IMG/VR virus record: IMGVR_UViG_3300025141_000034
Span: 32,001 to 96,000 of that record
DNA from: a virus
DNA: 64,000 nucleotides
Direction: 5' to 3' (one strand)
Made by a program: the position numbers and the translations under genes. How positions within the stretch are numbered: position 1 is the stretch's first letter; the number at the start of each line of letters is the position of its first letter. A model generated the notes under the pieces. It was not told the DNA's origin. It searched no databases and worked only from the letters and a program-made list of their open reading frames with translations. This document shows positions 39,524 through 49,216 of the stretch, piece by piece.

Positions 39524-41656
39524 ATGGCTGAAAATAGACAACAAGGCCTCTTTAGAAGGCTAACAAGCCTTTTTAGAAGCGGACCCGTTGTAAAGAGAAG
39601 AATTAAATCAACAAAGGGTGATAGTCCGTCATCTGCATTTGACATATTTGGAAAGTCACAAAGTCACGTCTACAGCACAGCTATGAGCGCATATGGCACA
39701 TATGATAGAATGGCTAGATATAGTGACTTCTCAGAGATGGAGTATACACCGGAGATAGCAAGCGCATTAGATATCTATGCAGAGGAATCTGCTGCAACTG
39801 ATGAAAACGGGTATGTTCTTCACATACACTCAGAGAATCAAAAAATTAAACAGCTTCTTGAAGATCTTTTCTTTGATACAATCAATGTTGAATTTAATCT
39901 AACATCTTGGGTTCGAAATCTATGCAAATACGGTGATTTTTTTCTTTTTAATGATGTGTCTCCAGAGCACGGTGTGATCAATGTCATTCCAATTCCAGTG
40001 AATGAGATAGAAAGAGAGGAGGGCTTTGATCCAGAAGATCCCATGGCTGTGAGATATCGGTGGGTCACTCAGGGAAACCAGGTATTAGAGAACTGGCAGG
40101 TGACACACTTTAGGCTTCTTGGAAATGATGCATTTCTGCCATACGGCTCCTCTGTGCTTGAGTCTGCTAGAAGAATATGGCGTCAGCTTATTCTAGTTGA
40201 GGATGCGATGCTTGTCTATAGGGTCGTCAGGTCTCCCGAGAGAAGGGTATTTAAGATCGATGTTGGAAATGTACCGCCAGAGGATATCCCAAACTACATG
40301 GAACAGGTTCAAACAACGTTAAAGCGGGCACAGGTTGTTGATAAAAATACAGGAAGAGTTGATCTAAGATATAATCCTCTGTCTGTTGATGAGGATTACT
40401 ATCTTCCAGTACGGGGATCTGAGTCTGGAACAGAAATTACTACACTTGCTGGCGGTACAAACGCTACAGCGATTGAAGACGTTCAGTACATTCAGAAGAA
40501 GTTATTCGCTGCGCTTAAGATTCCAAAAGCATATCTTGGATATGATGAAGGACTCGGAGCTAAGGCAACTTTGGCACAGGAGGATATTAGATTTTCACGT
40601 GCGATTAACAAGATCCAGAGAACTCTTATATCTGAATTAAATAAGGTTGCCATTATCCACCTATACTCATATGGATTTGATGGAGAGGATCTCCTAGATT
40701 TCAGCCTTCAGCTTTCTAATCCCTCTACAGTTGCCCAACAGCAGAAGTTGGAGCTATTTCGGTCTAGATTTGAGATTGCAAGTGGACCCCCTGAGGGTCT
40801 TGTTGATAGAAACTTTTTAAGAAAGACAATACTTGGACTAACAGATAAGCAGATAGAAGACATAGAAAGGGGCAAGATTCATGACAAGATTATAGATCTT
40901 CAAGTTGAAGAGACAAAGCTTCCAGTATCAGATGAAGAAGGCGGCGAAGAAGGCGGTGAGGAAGAAGGCGACGAAGACATGGGCGGCGAGGAAGAAGAAA
41001 TGGCCGCTGATGATAGAAATACCCTAGGATTACCAGTCCTAACAGGTGATAAGTCAAAATACTCTAGATCTTTAGGCGAAATGGATGATTTTGATGATAA
41101 TATAGTGACGTTTAAGCTAGATGACGAGAAAGGTCCAATAAGAGCTCAAAATAAGATTAAGAAATATTCAAATTTAATTTCTGAGGATGATGAAAGAGCT
41201 GAAAGAGATGAGGAAGACGACGTAGACATAGATGTAGACATAGATGTAGATGTAGATGTAGACGATTATTCATCTAAAGAAAAAGAGAGAAGAAATCGAC
41301 GCCGCAGGGTGAAAAATGCTGCAACTGTAGCAGGTGACAGGGGTCTTTTTCCAAACTTAGCAAAGATGACTGGAATTGATAGAAAGAGAGGTTCAAATAC
41401 AGGTGATCCGTATGGTACTCAATCTCTCGGTAGAGCTATGAAAAATCTTATAGATCCAAATCCGCTAAGAGAGGAAGATGAACAACTAACATCAGATGAT
41501 GAGTCATTCTTTGAGAGCTTCTTTAGCAAAAAGATCACTCAGCAGGCCAAGATGACCTCAGATGTAAGATCAACATTGAAATCACTTGGGAATAGTATAA
41601 ATATTGATAGCAGCAAGGTTCTTGTTGAATCACCAGACGAAGAAGAGACGGGTTGA
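39524..41656 (+). CDS. gp20: portal protein (T4 gp20-like) with long acidic C-terminal extension
   Basis: EDAMLVYRVVRSPERRVFKIDVGNVP, EDYYLPVRG...EITTLAGG, DVQYIQKKLFAALKIPK. GGAGAG SD favours the ATG at 39524. Confidence 0.93.
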   Translation: MAENRQQGLFRRLTSLFRSGPVVKRRIKSTKGDSPSSAFDIFGKSQSHVYSTAMSAYGTYDRMARYSDFSEMEYTPEIASALDIYAEESAATDENGYVLHIHSENQKIKQLLEDLFFDTINVEFNLTSWVRNLCKYGDFFLFNDVSPEHGVINVIPIPVNEIEREEGFDPEDPMAVRYRWVTQGNQVLENWQVTHFRLLGNDAFLPYGSSVLESARRIWRQLILVEDAMLVYRVVRSPERRVFKIDVGNVPPEDIPNYMEQVQTTLKRAQVVDKNTGRVDLRYNPLSVDEDYYLPVRGSESGTEITTLAGGTNATAIEDVQYIQKKLFAALKIPKAYLGYDEGLGAKATLAQEDIRFSRAINKIQRTLISELNKVAIIHLYSYGFDGEDLLDFSLQLSNPSTVAQQQKLELFRSRFEIASGPPEGLVDRNFLRKTILGLTDKQIEDIERGKIHDKIIDLQVEETKLPVSDEEGGEEGGEEEGDEDMGGEEEEMAADDRNTLGLPVLTGDKSKYSRSLGEMDDFDDNIVTFKLDDEKGPIRAQNKIKKYSNLISEDDERAERDEEDDVDIDVDIDVDVDVDDYSSKEKERRNRRRRVKNAATVAGDRGLFPNLAKMTGIDRKRGSNTGDPYGTQSLGRAMKNLIDPNPLREEDEQLTSDDESFFESFFSKKITQQAKMTSDVRSTLKSLGNSINIDSSKVLVESPDEEETG
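41222..41263 (+). repeat. 7 x RTAGAY hexamer microsatellite (VDIDVDIDVDVDVD)
   Basis: gtagac atagat gtagac atagat gtagat gtagat gtagac, inside the portal C-terminal tail. Confidence 0.85.
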
Positions 41657-41657
41657 T

Positions 41658-42500
41658 ATGAAAAATTCTCACAATAAAAAGAGAAATATTGGAATAATTT
41701 ATGAATTACTTCTGCGTCATGTCTCCGATAGGCTTATTGAGGGAAGAAGCGAAGATGCACAGACTGGCCTTAATATCATTGAAAATTATTTTAATGAAAA
41801 TACTGAAATTTATAAAGAGTTTAGACTCTTTAACGCTCTTGTTAAGTCGACAGTTAGTGCGACATCTGTTGCTGCTGCAATATTAACTGAAGCGAAAGGT
41901 GCAGCCAGAAGATGTAATTTTGAAAAACTTGATAGAGAAAAATCACTTCTTATTAGAGAGATTAACCATGGTCTCAATGATAATGGTTTTTACTATAGAA
42001 GAATACCAGACTATACGACATACGCAACAATTCAAACACTTTTAAATGAATGGAGAAGGGGTGATAGATCTGATCTATCAAAGCTTGTTATCTATGAGTC
42101 AAAGGTTGTTGAGTGGCTATTAAAGGAAAAGAAAGAAGAATCTATTGATGATCACTATGATCCAAATGTTGACAATCTTGTTGTTAAAATCTTAACTGAA
42201 AAATTTAATAAAAAATATATTGACAGGTTAAATGAAGAGCAAAAGGATATCATTAAATCGTACGTTTTTTCAATGAATTCAGATGGTGGTAGGTCAATTA
42301 AGTCGAAGCTAGCCCTAATAAAGGAAAATACAATTAATCAAATTGATGAGCTCAAAAGAACAGCTAACAGTCAGGTTATCTTAGAAAAGATAGATGAAGT
42401 TAGATGTAATATTCAGGGTATAGATTTAGAAATAATCAGTGATTCAACTATTTCTAGATTTCTCTTGATGTCAAAGCTTAAAAGTGAATTAGTGGAGTGA
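41658..42500 (+). CDS. head-assembly-region protein between portal and protease
   Basis: MKNSHNKKRNIGIIYELL...; the ATG at 41658 directly follows the portal stop. Helical. Confidence 0.75.
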   Translation: MKNSHNKKRNIGIIYELLLRHVSDRLIEGRSEDAQTGLNIIENYFNENTEIYKEFRLFNALVKSTVSATSVAAAILTEAKGAARRCNFEKLDREKSLLIREINHGLNDNGFYYRRIPDYTTYATIQTLLNEWRRGDRSDLSKLVIYESKVVEWLLKEKKEESIDDHYDPNVDNLVVKILTEKFNKKYIDRLNEEQKDIIKSYVFSMNSDGGRSIKSKLALIKENTINQIDELKRTANSQVILEKIDEVRCNIQGIDLEIISDSTISRFLLMSKLKSELVE

Positions 42501-43117
42501 TGATGGATAATAAGTTAAAATTATTAACAGAGTGGATGCCCCTTAAATATGATGCAGAGATGATAGAAGAGAATATGAGAAGGGACGGAGGAAAAATTAT
42601 TCTAAAAGGTGTTCTTCAAAAGGCAGATACACTTAATCAAAATGGAAGAATCTATCCAAAGTCAATCTTGGAAAGAGAAGTAAAAAACTATCAAAAATTT
42701 ATTCGTGAAAACAGGGCATTAGGTGAGTGCGACCACCCAGATTCATCAGTAGTGGAGCTTAAGAATGCATCTCATATCGTTAGAGAGGCTCACATGGATG
42801 GTGATATCTGCTATGGTTCTGTTGAGCTACTTAATACGCCTAGCGGCCAAATTCTCCAAAGCCTTGTCAAGTCCGGTGTAACCCTTGGAATCTCGTCTAG
42901 GGGTGTTGGTACGACAAGAAGTCAGGGAGACACACAGCTAGTTCAAGATGATTTTCAGCTAATCTGTTTCGACATGGTCTCGGAGCCTTCAACTCCAGGT
43001 GCATTTATGATGAATGAGGGAAAAGAGATCAATGCTAGTGAATTAGATAAGACTTTTACTAAGAGTGACAGGGTTGATAGAATATTTAATGAAATACTAT
43101 CATGGGGAGATGAGTAA
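42497..43117 (+). CDS. gp21: prohead core protease (T4 gp21-like)
   Basis: QKADTLNQNGRIYP, GECDHP, ASH, catalytic GISSRGVG, FDMVSEPSTPGA. True start may be the ATG at 42500 or 42503. Confidence 0.92.
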   Translation: MMMDNKLKLLTEWMPLKYDAEMIEENMRRDGGKIILKGVLQKADTLNQNGRIYPKSILEREVKNYQKFIRENRALGECDHPDSSVVELKNASHIVREAHMDGDICYGSVELLNTPSGQILQSLVKSGVTLGISSRGVGTTRSQGDTQLVQDDFQLICFDMVSEPSTPGAFMMNEGKEINASELDKTFTKSDRVDRIFNEILSWGDE

Positions 43118-43560
43118 TGGGTGAATATTATCCAGAAAGAGGCGCTGGACCAAATTTCGTTCCAGCATATCAGGCTTCAGGTGTTCCTTTTGTGACTTCA
43201 TCGCTTTCAAGTGATCTAACAACAACACCTGTTCAGATAGATTTTCCATATGTGACTCGTTTCTTTGTTGTTAATAACATAGGATCTGTTCCAATAAGGG
43301 TTGGATTTACAGAAAACGGTGTTAATGCAAAGGGATCTGGTAACTCTAGCAACTATTTTCTTCTCGAGGCGTCTGGATCAACTGGACGTCTTGAGCTAAG
43401 GTGCAAGTCTTTATTCATAAGAACATCAAATTCAACAGGCGGATATACACTTCTTGCTGGATTGACCGGTATCAGCTCAGGGCAATTTCCAGTTTTAACT
43501 GGAACTGTCTCAGGATCTGCTCCTGGTCCTGTAGATGAAAAATTCCAGGGTGTCGGATAA
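43117..43560 (+). CDS. small beta-rich virion protein
   Basis: 147 aa (AYQASGVPFVTSS, FPYVTRFFVV), translationally coupled in the head operon. Confidence 0.7.
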   Translation: MGEYYPERGAGPNFVPAYQASGVPFVTSSLSSDLTTTPVQIDFPYVTRFFVVNNIGSVPIRVGFTENGVNAKGSGNSSNYFLLEASGSTGRLELRCKSLFIRTSNSTGGYTLLAGLTGISSGQFPVLTGTVSGSAPGPVDEKFQGVG

Positions 43561-44072
43561 TGGCAAAGCTTTCAAGAAATGACCTTAAAGGAATTGTTAA
43601 GGAGTGCTTGATTGAAATATTAAATGAGGGAATTTCAGGAGATATGCCCGTAAGAAGGCCACAGATTTCAGAATCAAGATTGAAATCTAGAACTTCTCGA
43701 GCAAGTGTAGCAGCCTCTTCATCAACACCGAGCAGATCTGTGCTTGATTCTATAACGTACGGAAATAAGAGAAAGAGTAAGGGTAAGCAGGTTGCAAATG
43801 AAAAATTTGATAGAAATGTAAGTAATACTATTGAAAATCTTACAAGTGATCCCATCTTATCTTCAATATTTCAGGATACTGCAAGAACAACACTTCAAGA
43901 GCAGAAAGATGCAAGAGTTGCTGATAGCGGAATGATGTCACATGAAGCTGCTGTTCTTACTCAAGGAGACTCAGCAGCAAGAGTTGCTTCACAATCAGAT
44001 CCAATGGATATGTTTTCCGAATCGTCTGAAAAGTGGGCACAGCTTGCTTTTTCATCTCCTACTAGCAAGTAG
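43560..44072 (+). CDS. putative internal head protein
   Basis: N-terminal LSRNDLKGIVKECLIEILNE motif; C-terminal KWAQLAF. Confidence 0.65.
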   Translation: MAKLSRNDLKGIVKECLIEILNEGISGDMPVRRPQISESRLKSRTSRASVAASSSTPSRSVLDSITYGNKRKSKGKQVANEKFDRNVSNTIENLTSDPILSSIFQDTARTTLQEQKDARVADSGMMSHEAAVLTQGDSAARVASQSDPMDMFSESSEKWAQLAFSSPTSK

Positions 44073-44138
44073 ATTGAGTATTTTTAACTCGACATAATAT
44101 GTATAGTTGTGATTCAATATCTCAATAGGAGAGCTTAA

Positions 44139-44375
44139 ATGTCCAGATCTAAAAAACTTACTCCCAATCTTCTTAAGCAGCTTGTGCTAGAAGAGAAGCA
44201 GAAGATTGAGAAAGAGGCAAAAGAGGTTAAGGCCAAAGATATGGCTAATACCCTTGCAAATAAAGTTGATTATCTAAAGGTTCTTAAGATTCATGAAGCA
44301 AAGCTTGCTAGAAAGCTTAAGAAAGTTATGAGAGAAAGAGCAAAGATTAAAAAGTTAATTATGAAGGATCTCTAG
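44139..44375 (+). CDS. small basic coiled-coil head-region protein
   Basis: SD AGGAGAG; LTPNLLKQLVLEE motif. Confidence 0.7.
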   Translation: MSRSKKLTPNLLKQLVLEEKQKIEKEAKEVKAKDMANTLANKVDYLKVLKIHEAKLARKLKKVMRERAKIKKLIMKDL

Positions 44376-44376
44376 A

Positions 44377-44910
44377 ATGCCGACTCATAAGCAAGGAACT
44401 GTGGTATCCGTCGGACCAGTTGGAGACGGCGGCCTTGGAAGTAGAAAAGATTCTAATCTTAAGGCACTATTTCCTGGATCACCATTGTATGATGGAGGCT
44501 ATGATGAGCAATCTGTTTTCAATATCGGCATATCAGCATTTAATGGAAATGGAGGTAAGGGAGATAAGCCCACTGGAACAACAAACGGAGTTGTTAATGA
44601 TAGCGGTCACACATTTGGAACATTTGATCTGAACTATGGATCTGCTCCTGCAATAACTGATGTAAAGACAGGCGGAGGAGGGCTTCCCTCATCTCCCTAT
44701 ACACCAAATCCAACATCTCCAGGGCCGGGCAGTGTTTTTGCAAATGATCAAGATGCGTTTACAGGAGAGATTCCTGATCCTGGTGTAGAGTTTGGATCTG
44801 GACTGGGCGGATTAGCTCTACCATCTGAGACATCAAAGGGTATATCAGAACAGACGATCGGATCATACATATCTGGAAGATCTTACGAGGGATCTGACGG
44901 TAAGGTATAG
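44377..44910 (+). CDS. G/P-rich hypothetical head-region protein
   Basis: 177-aa ORF packed in the head operon. Confidence 0.7.
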   Translation: MPTHKQGTVVSVGPVGDGGLGSRKDSNLKALFPGSPLYDGGYDEQSVFNIGISAFNGNGGKGDKPTGTTNGVVNDSGHTFGTFDLNYGSAPAITDVKTGGGGLPSSPYTPNPTSPGPGSVFANDQDAFTGEIPDPGVEFGSGLGGLALPSETSKGISEQTIGSYISGRSYEGSDGKV

Positions 44911-44912
44911 AG

Positions 44913-45602
44913 TTGATGCGACGCTATTGTCGAATCAGAAGGCTAATACGGTCCATTCTTAATGAAGGAGGATTGCCAGGCCCACCATCAACATCCTATG
45001 TTCCGTATGACAGTAGAAAGGGTCATGGATATGGAACAATTGATCCAGAATTTGACATCACTTATAAGATGGGATCAATATATCCCTACACAGAACCGCC
45101 TGAAAGCGATGTTGATGAAGATTCTGATGATATCTCTGATATCTTTAGTGGAAATACGTCGTCTATTGATAAATTTGTCAGAATGATAAATAAGAATGTA
45201 ATGAGAAATGATCCGTCTAGAAGGGCAGACCGAGCTTCATTTGTATCAAATCAGAGAATTAGTGTTCGTGAGACTAATATCCCTATGAGAAAGGGAGACA
45301 GTCTTCACGGAACAATGTCTCCAATTCCCAAGAAGGCTCTGTATGGTAGCTTTGATGGTCCTGCCATTGGCGGATCATCTGCAAACGTTGCGTTTAATCC
45401 CGGTCCCCTTAAGCGAACAGGAACACAATACGGAACAAGTAGGGCACCACTATATCTAGGCTCAGAGCAAGATGATCCAGGTGATGACATTGCTGCATAT
45501 ACACTCGAGGATATACTTGAGCCAGATGTAAAAGCTGTCGTAAAACAGAGAAGAAGGGCTAGAAGAGAAACGAGAAGAAGGGCTAGAAGAGAAACACAGT
45601 GA
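44913..45602 (+). CDS. hypothetical head-region protein with Arg-rich tail
   Basis: IRRLIRSILNE N-terminus; RRRARRETRRRARRETQ C-terminus. Confidence 0.65.
   Translation: MMRRYCRIRRLIRSILNEGGLPGPPSTSYVPYDSRKGHGYGTIDPEFDITYKMGSIYPYTEPPESDVDEDSDDISDIFSGNTSSIDKFVRMINKNVMRNDPSRRADRASFVSNQRISVRETNIPMRKGDSLHGTMSPIPKKALYGSFDGPAIGGSSANVAFNPGPLKRTGTQYGTSRAPLYLGSEQDDPGDDIAAYTLEDILEPDVKAVVKQRRRARRETRRRARRETQ
45548..45595 (+). repeat. perfect 24-bp tandem duplication
   Basis: GAGAAGAAGGGCTAGAAGAGAAAC x2. Confidence 0.9.
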
Positions 45603-45645
45603 CTAATTAAAGTTAATAGTCAATTGTAGTTTGCAACAGAGATGA

Positions 45646-45652
45646 ATAATTA
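45646..45652 (+). promoter_or_regulatory. putative late promoter ATAATTA (scaffold/capsid operon)
   Basis: ATANTTA motif 22 nt before the ATG at 45675. Confidence 0.55.
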
Positions 45653-45674
45653 AGATTGTTGAAGGAAATAGGGA

Positions 45675-47165
45675 ATGTCTAAGACTCTTTATGATGAAGC
45701 GATTGCAGAAGCTAGACAGCTAAGAGAGCTAGCAGAAAAAAATGCCAAGCAAGCCATTGTTGAAGCTGTAACTCCAAAAATTAGAAAATTTATAGAAGAT
45801 CAGCTTATTAGTGAGTCAAGAGAAGACTCTCTAGAGCTTAGTGATTCTGCACAAAATTTAATTTCTGAATCATCTAAAGATAAAGATGATGTAATTCTTG
45901 ATGAGTCAGCTTTAAATACTTTGCTTAGGCTTACTGGGCCAGTAGATGAGATGGATGCACACATAAAACAAAGATTTTTTAATGCGTTCAGCGATTCAGC
46001 CAATCTAATAGGAAATCAAAGAAGAGAAAAACTTTTAGAGATAGCAAAAAAGCTTCAGAATGATTCTGGAACTTTATCCTCTGGTGGCATAGTTATAGAC
46101 CAGGAATTAAATTCTATTCATATTAAGGAGAATTCTGATATGTCGAGAAATCGTGAGACACTTTACGAAGTTGATCTTAATGACATCGTTAGCAGTCTTT
46201 ATGAGTCTACTGAACCTAGTCATGGAGACCTCTCTAGTGAAAGTAGCATTAGAGAGATGCTTCGTGAGCTTGAGGATGGGGAAGCAGGAGAGGCATATGA
46301 CCCATTGCAAGAGTATGATCTCTTCTTTGAACAAGATGAGCCTGAATCTGAGGTCGAGGAAGAAGAGGTCGAGGAAGAGGCGCCTGAGGGTGAGCTTCCT
46401 CCAATGGACGAGCCTGAGGGCGGTGAGCTCCCACCAGATGTCGAGGAGCGCCTCGATGATCTTGAAGACGCTATCATGGCAGCACTTGCAGGCGGCGGCG
46501 GAGAAGCTCCAGAAGGCGCCGAGCCAGAAGATCTAGAAGGACTTGAGGATCTTGAGGGCGGTGAGGGAGAGGAGTCTCCTGAGGAGCTTGCTGAAGTTCT
46601 CGATGTTGATCTCAATATGCTTAAATCAGAGATCCGTCGCATGAAGCGACTTTCAGAGACAGGACGCGATACAGATCCTGATGCAATGGAAGAAGAGATA
46701 TATTATGAGGAAGGGGACGAAGAACAGCCCCCAGTTAAAGAAGAAAATAGAAAACTGCGTAGAGCGATATTAAATCAGGGCCGAAGTAATCGTGCCATGC
46801 GCTCTAAGCTCGATGAATACAGAAGTGCCGTTGGATCACTTCGTGAGCAACTTACAGAGATGAATCTATTCAATGCGAAGCTACTTTATGTTAATAAGAT
46901 GCTTCAGAATAGAGATGTTTCATCAGCGCAGCGTCGTTCCGTAATTGAGGCTCTCGATAGCGCGAGAAGCCTCCGCGAGGTTAAGCTCCTATATAAGAGC
47001 CTAACCGAGTCTATTGGAAATAGAAAGAGCGGAAGAACGCTGACTGAATCAGCTGTTCGAAGAAATCTTGGATCAGCATCCCGTACCACCACGCAGTCTT
47101 CATCAACCAATAGTCAGGTTGCTGAGGTCGGCAGGTGGGCCAAACTCGCGGGAATCACAGAGTAA
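45675..47165 (+). CDS. prohead scaffolding protein
   Basis: Directly upstream of the MCP. Coiled-coil termini (LYDEAIAEARQLRELAEKNAK; EMNLFNAKLLYVNKML...RWAKLAGI) flank a very acidic disordered middle with many [ILV]xE sites. Confidence 0.8.
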   Translation: MSKTLYDEAIAEARQLRELAEKNAKQAIVEAVTPKIRKFIEDQLISESREDSLELSDSAQNLISESSKDKDDVILDESALNTLLRLTGPVDEMDAHIKQRFFNAFSDSANLIGNQRREKLLEIAKKLQNDSGTLSSGGIVIDQELNSIHIKENSDMSRNRETLYEVDLNDIVSSLYESTEPSHGDLSSESSIREMLRELEDGEAGEAYDPLQEYDLFFEQDEPESEVEEEEVEEEAPEGELPPMDEPEGGELPPDVEERLDDLEDAIMAALAGGGGEAPEGAEPEDLEGLEDLEGGEGEESPEELAEVLDVDLNMLKSEIRRMKRLSETGRDTDPDAMEEEIYYEEGDEEQPPVKEENRKLRRAILNQGRSNRAMRSKLDEYRSAVGSLREQLTEMNLFNAKLLYVNKMLQNRDVSSAQRRSVIEALDSARSLREVKLLYKSLTESIGNRKSGRTLTESAVRRNLGSASRTTTQSSSTNSQVAEVGRWAKLAGITE

Positions 47166-47195
47166 TCAATTCATCAAACTTAGGAGTAAATTAAG

Positions 47196-49127
47196 ATGAG
47201 TAAATCCTTTACGTTAAATCAACTAACAGAGGGTATTCGCCAGAGACATCTAGGTTCTCAAAACAAGCGTCTCGTTGAGAAGTGGTCTCGTACCGGTCTT
47301 CTTAGAGGCCTTGACGGACAGCACAGAGAGAATATGGCGGGCCTTCTTGAAAATCAGGCTGCACAGCTTCTTAGAGAAGCTAACTCGATCGGCACAGGTG
47401 CCGGTGGAGGTACAGCCTCCGGAGACCTTAACGGTTTCACAAATATCGCATTTCCAATTGTTCGTCGTGTTTTCGGCGGTCTAGTGGCAAATGAGCTAGT
47501 TTCAATCCAGCCGATGAGCCTTCCTTCCGGACTGCTTTTCTACCTGGACTACACATACGGCTCACGAGTCGGTGGTGATACAAACCTCGCCACAGGCGCT
47601 GCTGGAACAGTAGATGCACAGACATATAAGATTGGTCAGTCAATCTATAACAACCCTGCTGGAAAGGGTATCCGTTCAGGATCTCTTGGTGTCGGTGGTC
47701 AGTATGACCTCGTCGGAGCAGGATTCTCGAAGGTTCACACGTCTTCAGAGACAATTACCACAAAGGCCTCAGGTGCTTATGGTGTCGGCGGTTCTTCAAT
47801 GACACAGGATACACTAGCTGTTGCAACAGGTACAGACGGTAAGCTTCTGCAGTTCGACCCTCAGGTCACAAGACTTATTGAGGATGACCCCGGTCAAAAT
47901 AACACCGGAAGATTCTCATTCATTCTATGGAATCTGAGCTCATTCCCTGCAAGCATTGACCTTACACAGGCGAAAGAAGTTGCACTATTCAGCGGGCAGA
48001 CTGTTTCAGATGCTGATGCTACCACATTCAACTATAAGAATCTTCCTGTGACAATTCAGGGCGGTAACGGAATTAAGAATGTTCGTCGTCTCAACCAGAT
48101 CGGTACATACGATGCTGGATCAGGTGTCTTTACAGCAGATCCATTTGCCAATAGAAACACCACAAACGGTGTTCTACTAACAGTCGTGTCCGGTGTTAAT
48201 GCAACACAGGCTGCTACAGGTCATCACATTACAGCATCGTTTGTTATCGCACCGACGCTGGGTGTTGACAGTAGTGATGGTTCCACACTTACGATTCCTT
48301 CGTTTGAGTCGAACTTCAGCTCATCGTCACCCTCACCGATAATCCCAGAGATCGACATCAAGATCGAGTCCATCGCGGTTACAGCGGTTACCCGTAAGCT
48401 ACGTGCTCGCTGGTCACCAGAGCTCGCCCAGGACCTGAACGCCTACCACAGCCTTGACGCTGAGGTTGAGCTTACTCAGATCCTCTCCGAGCAGATCGCA
48501 CTCGAGATCGATAGAGAGATCTTGAATGACCTACTGGTCGAGGCACAGGGAGCTAACTTCTACTGGTCGCGTCTACCTGGTAAGTTCGTTAACAAGCGGA
48601 CAGGTTCCGAGGCACTTAAGGCTAGCACACTAGCTTCAGGTCCTCAGTTCACAGGTACAGTCCGTGAGTGGTATGAGACTCTTGTTGAGACTCTTATCGA
48701 TGTTGCTAATGAGATCCATCGTAAGACACTTCGTGGTTCGGCTAACTTCATTGTCTGCTCACCTGATGTTGCAACAATCTTCGAGGCATCCGTGCTCTAT
48801 AAGCCGGCTCTCAAGATTGATGGCGACGGACAGGTTGGTGCTCCATTCTCACTGGGTGCTGCGTCAATCGGTTCTCTAAGTAACCGCTTCACAGTCTACA
48901 AGGATCCCTACTTCCCACGGAACAAGTGTCTCGTCGGATATAAGGGTGGAAGCTACCTAGAGACAGGCTATGTATACGCACCTTATGTGCCGCTGATCGT
49001 CACTCCCACTATCTTCCAGCCGGAAGACTTCACACCCCGTAAGGGCGTGATGACCCGCTACGGCAAGAAGATGGTTCGTGCTGACTTCTACGGTACAGTT
49101 ACAGTCATGGATATGGACGTTATCTAA
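47196..49127 (+). CDS. gp23: major capsid protein (T4 gp23-like)
   Basis: KWSRTGLL, LLENQ, FPIVRRVF...VSIQPMSLPSGLLFYLD, TRKLRARWSPELAQDLNAYH..DAEVEL..ILSEQIALEIDREI, YAPYVPL, FTPRKGVMTRY. Confidence 0.96.
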   Translation: MSKSFTLNQLTEGIRQRHLGSQNKRLVEKWSRTGLLRGLDGQHRENMAGLLENQAAQLLREANSIGTGAGGGTASGDLNGFTNIAFPIVRRVFGGLVANELVSIQPMSLPSGLLFYLDYTYGSRVGGDTNLATGAAGTVDAQTYKIGQSIYNNPAGKGIRSGSLGVGGQYDLVGAGFSKVHTSSETITTKASGAYGVGGSSMTQDTLAVATGTDGKLLQFDPQVTRLIEDDPGQNNTGRFSFILWNLSSFPASIDLTQAKEVALFSGQTVSDADATTFNYKNLPVTIQGGNGIKNVRRLNQIGTYDAGSGVFTADPFANRNTTNGVLLTVVSGVNATQAATGHHITASFVIAPTLGVDSSDGSTLTIPSFESNFSSSSPSPIIPEIDIKIESIAVTAVTRKLRARWSPELAQDLNAYHSLDAEVELTQILSEQIALEIDREILNDLLVEAQGANFYWSRLPGKFVNKRTGSEALKASTLASGPQFTGTVREWYETLVETLIDVANEIHRKTLRGSANFIVCSPDVATIFEASVLYKPALKIDGDGQVGAPFSLGAASIGSLSNRFTVYKDPYFPRNKCLVGYKGGSYLETGYVYAPYVPLIVTPTIFQPEDFTPRKGVMTRYGKKMVRADFYGTVTVMDMDVI

Positions 49128-49148
49128 GATAACAATCAATTAAATCTT

Positions 49149-49178
49149 GAGGCGGCTCTTTGAGCCGCCTCTTTTTTT
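49149..49178 (+). terminator. intrinsic terminator after MCP
   Basis: GAGGCGGCTC-TTT-GAGCCGCCTC (10-bp perfect stem) followed by T7. Confidence 0.9.
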
Positions 49179-49216
49179 GTCTGTTAACTGATTGACGTGA
49201 ATTGATACCATTTATA

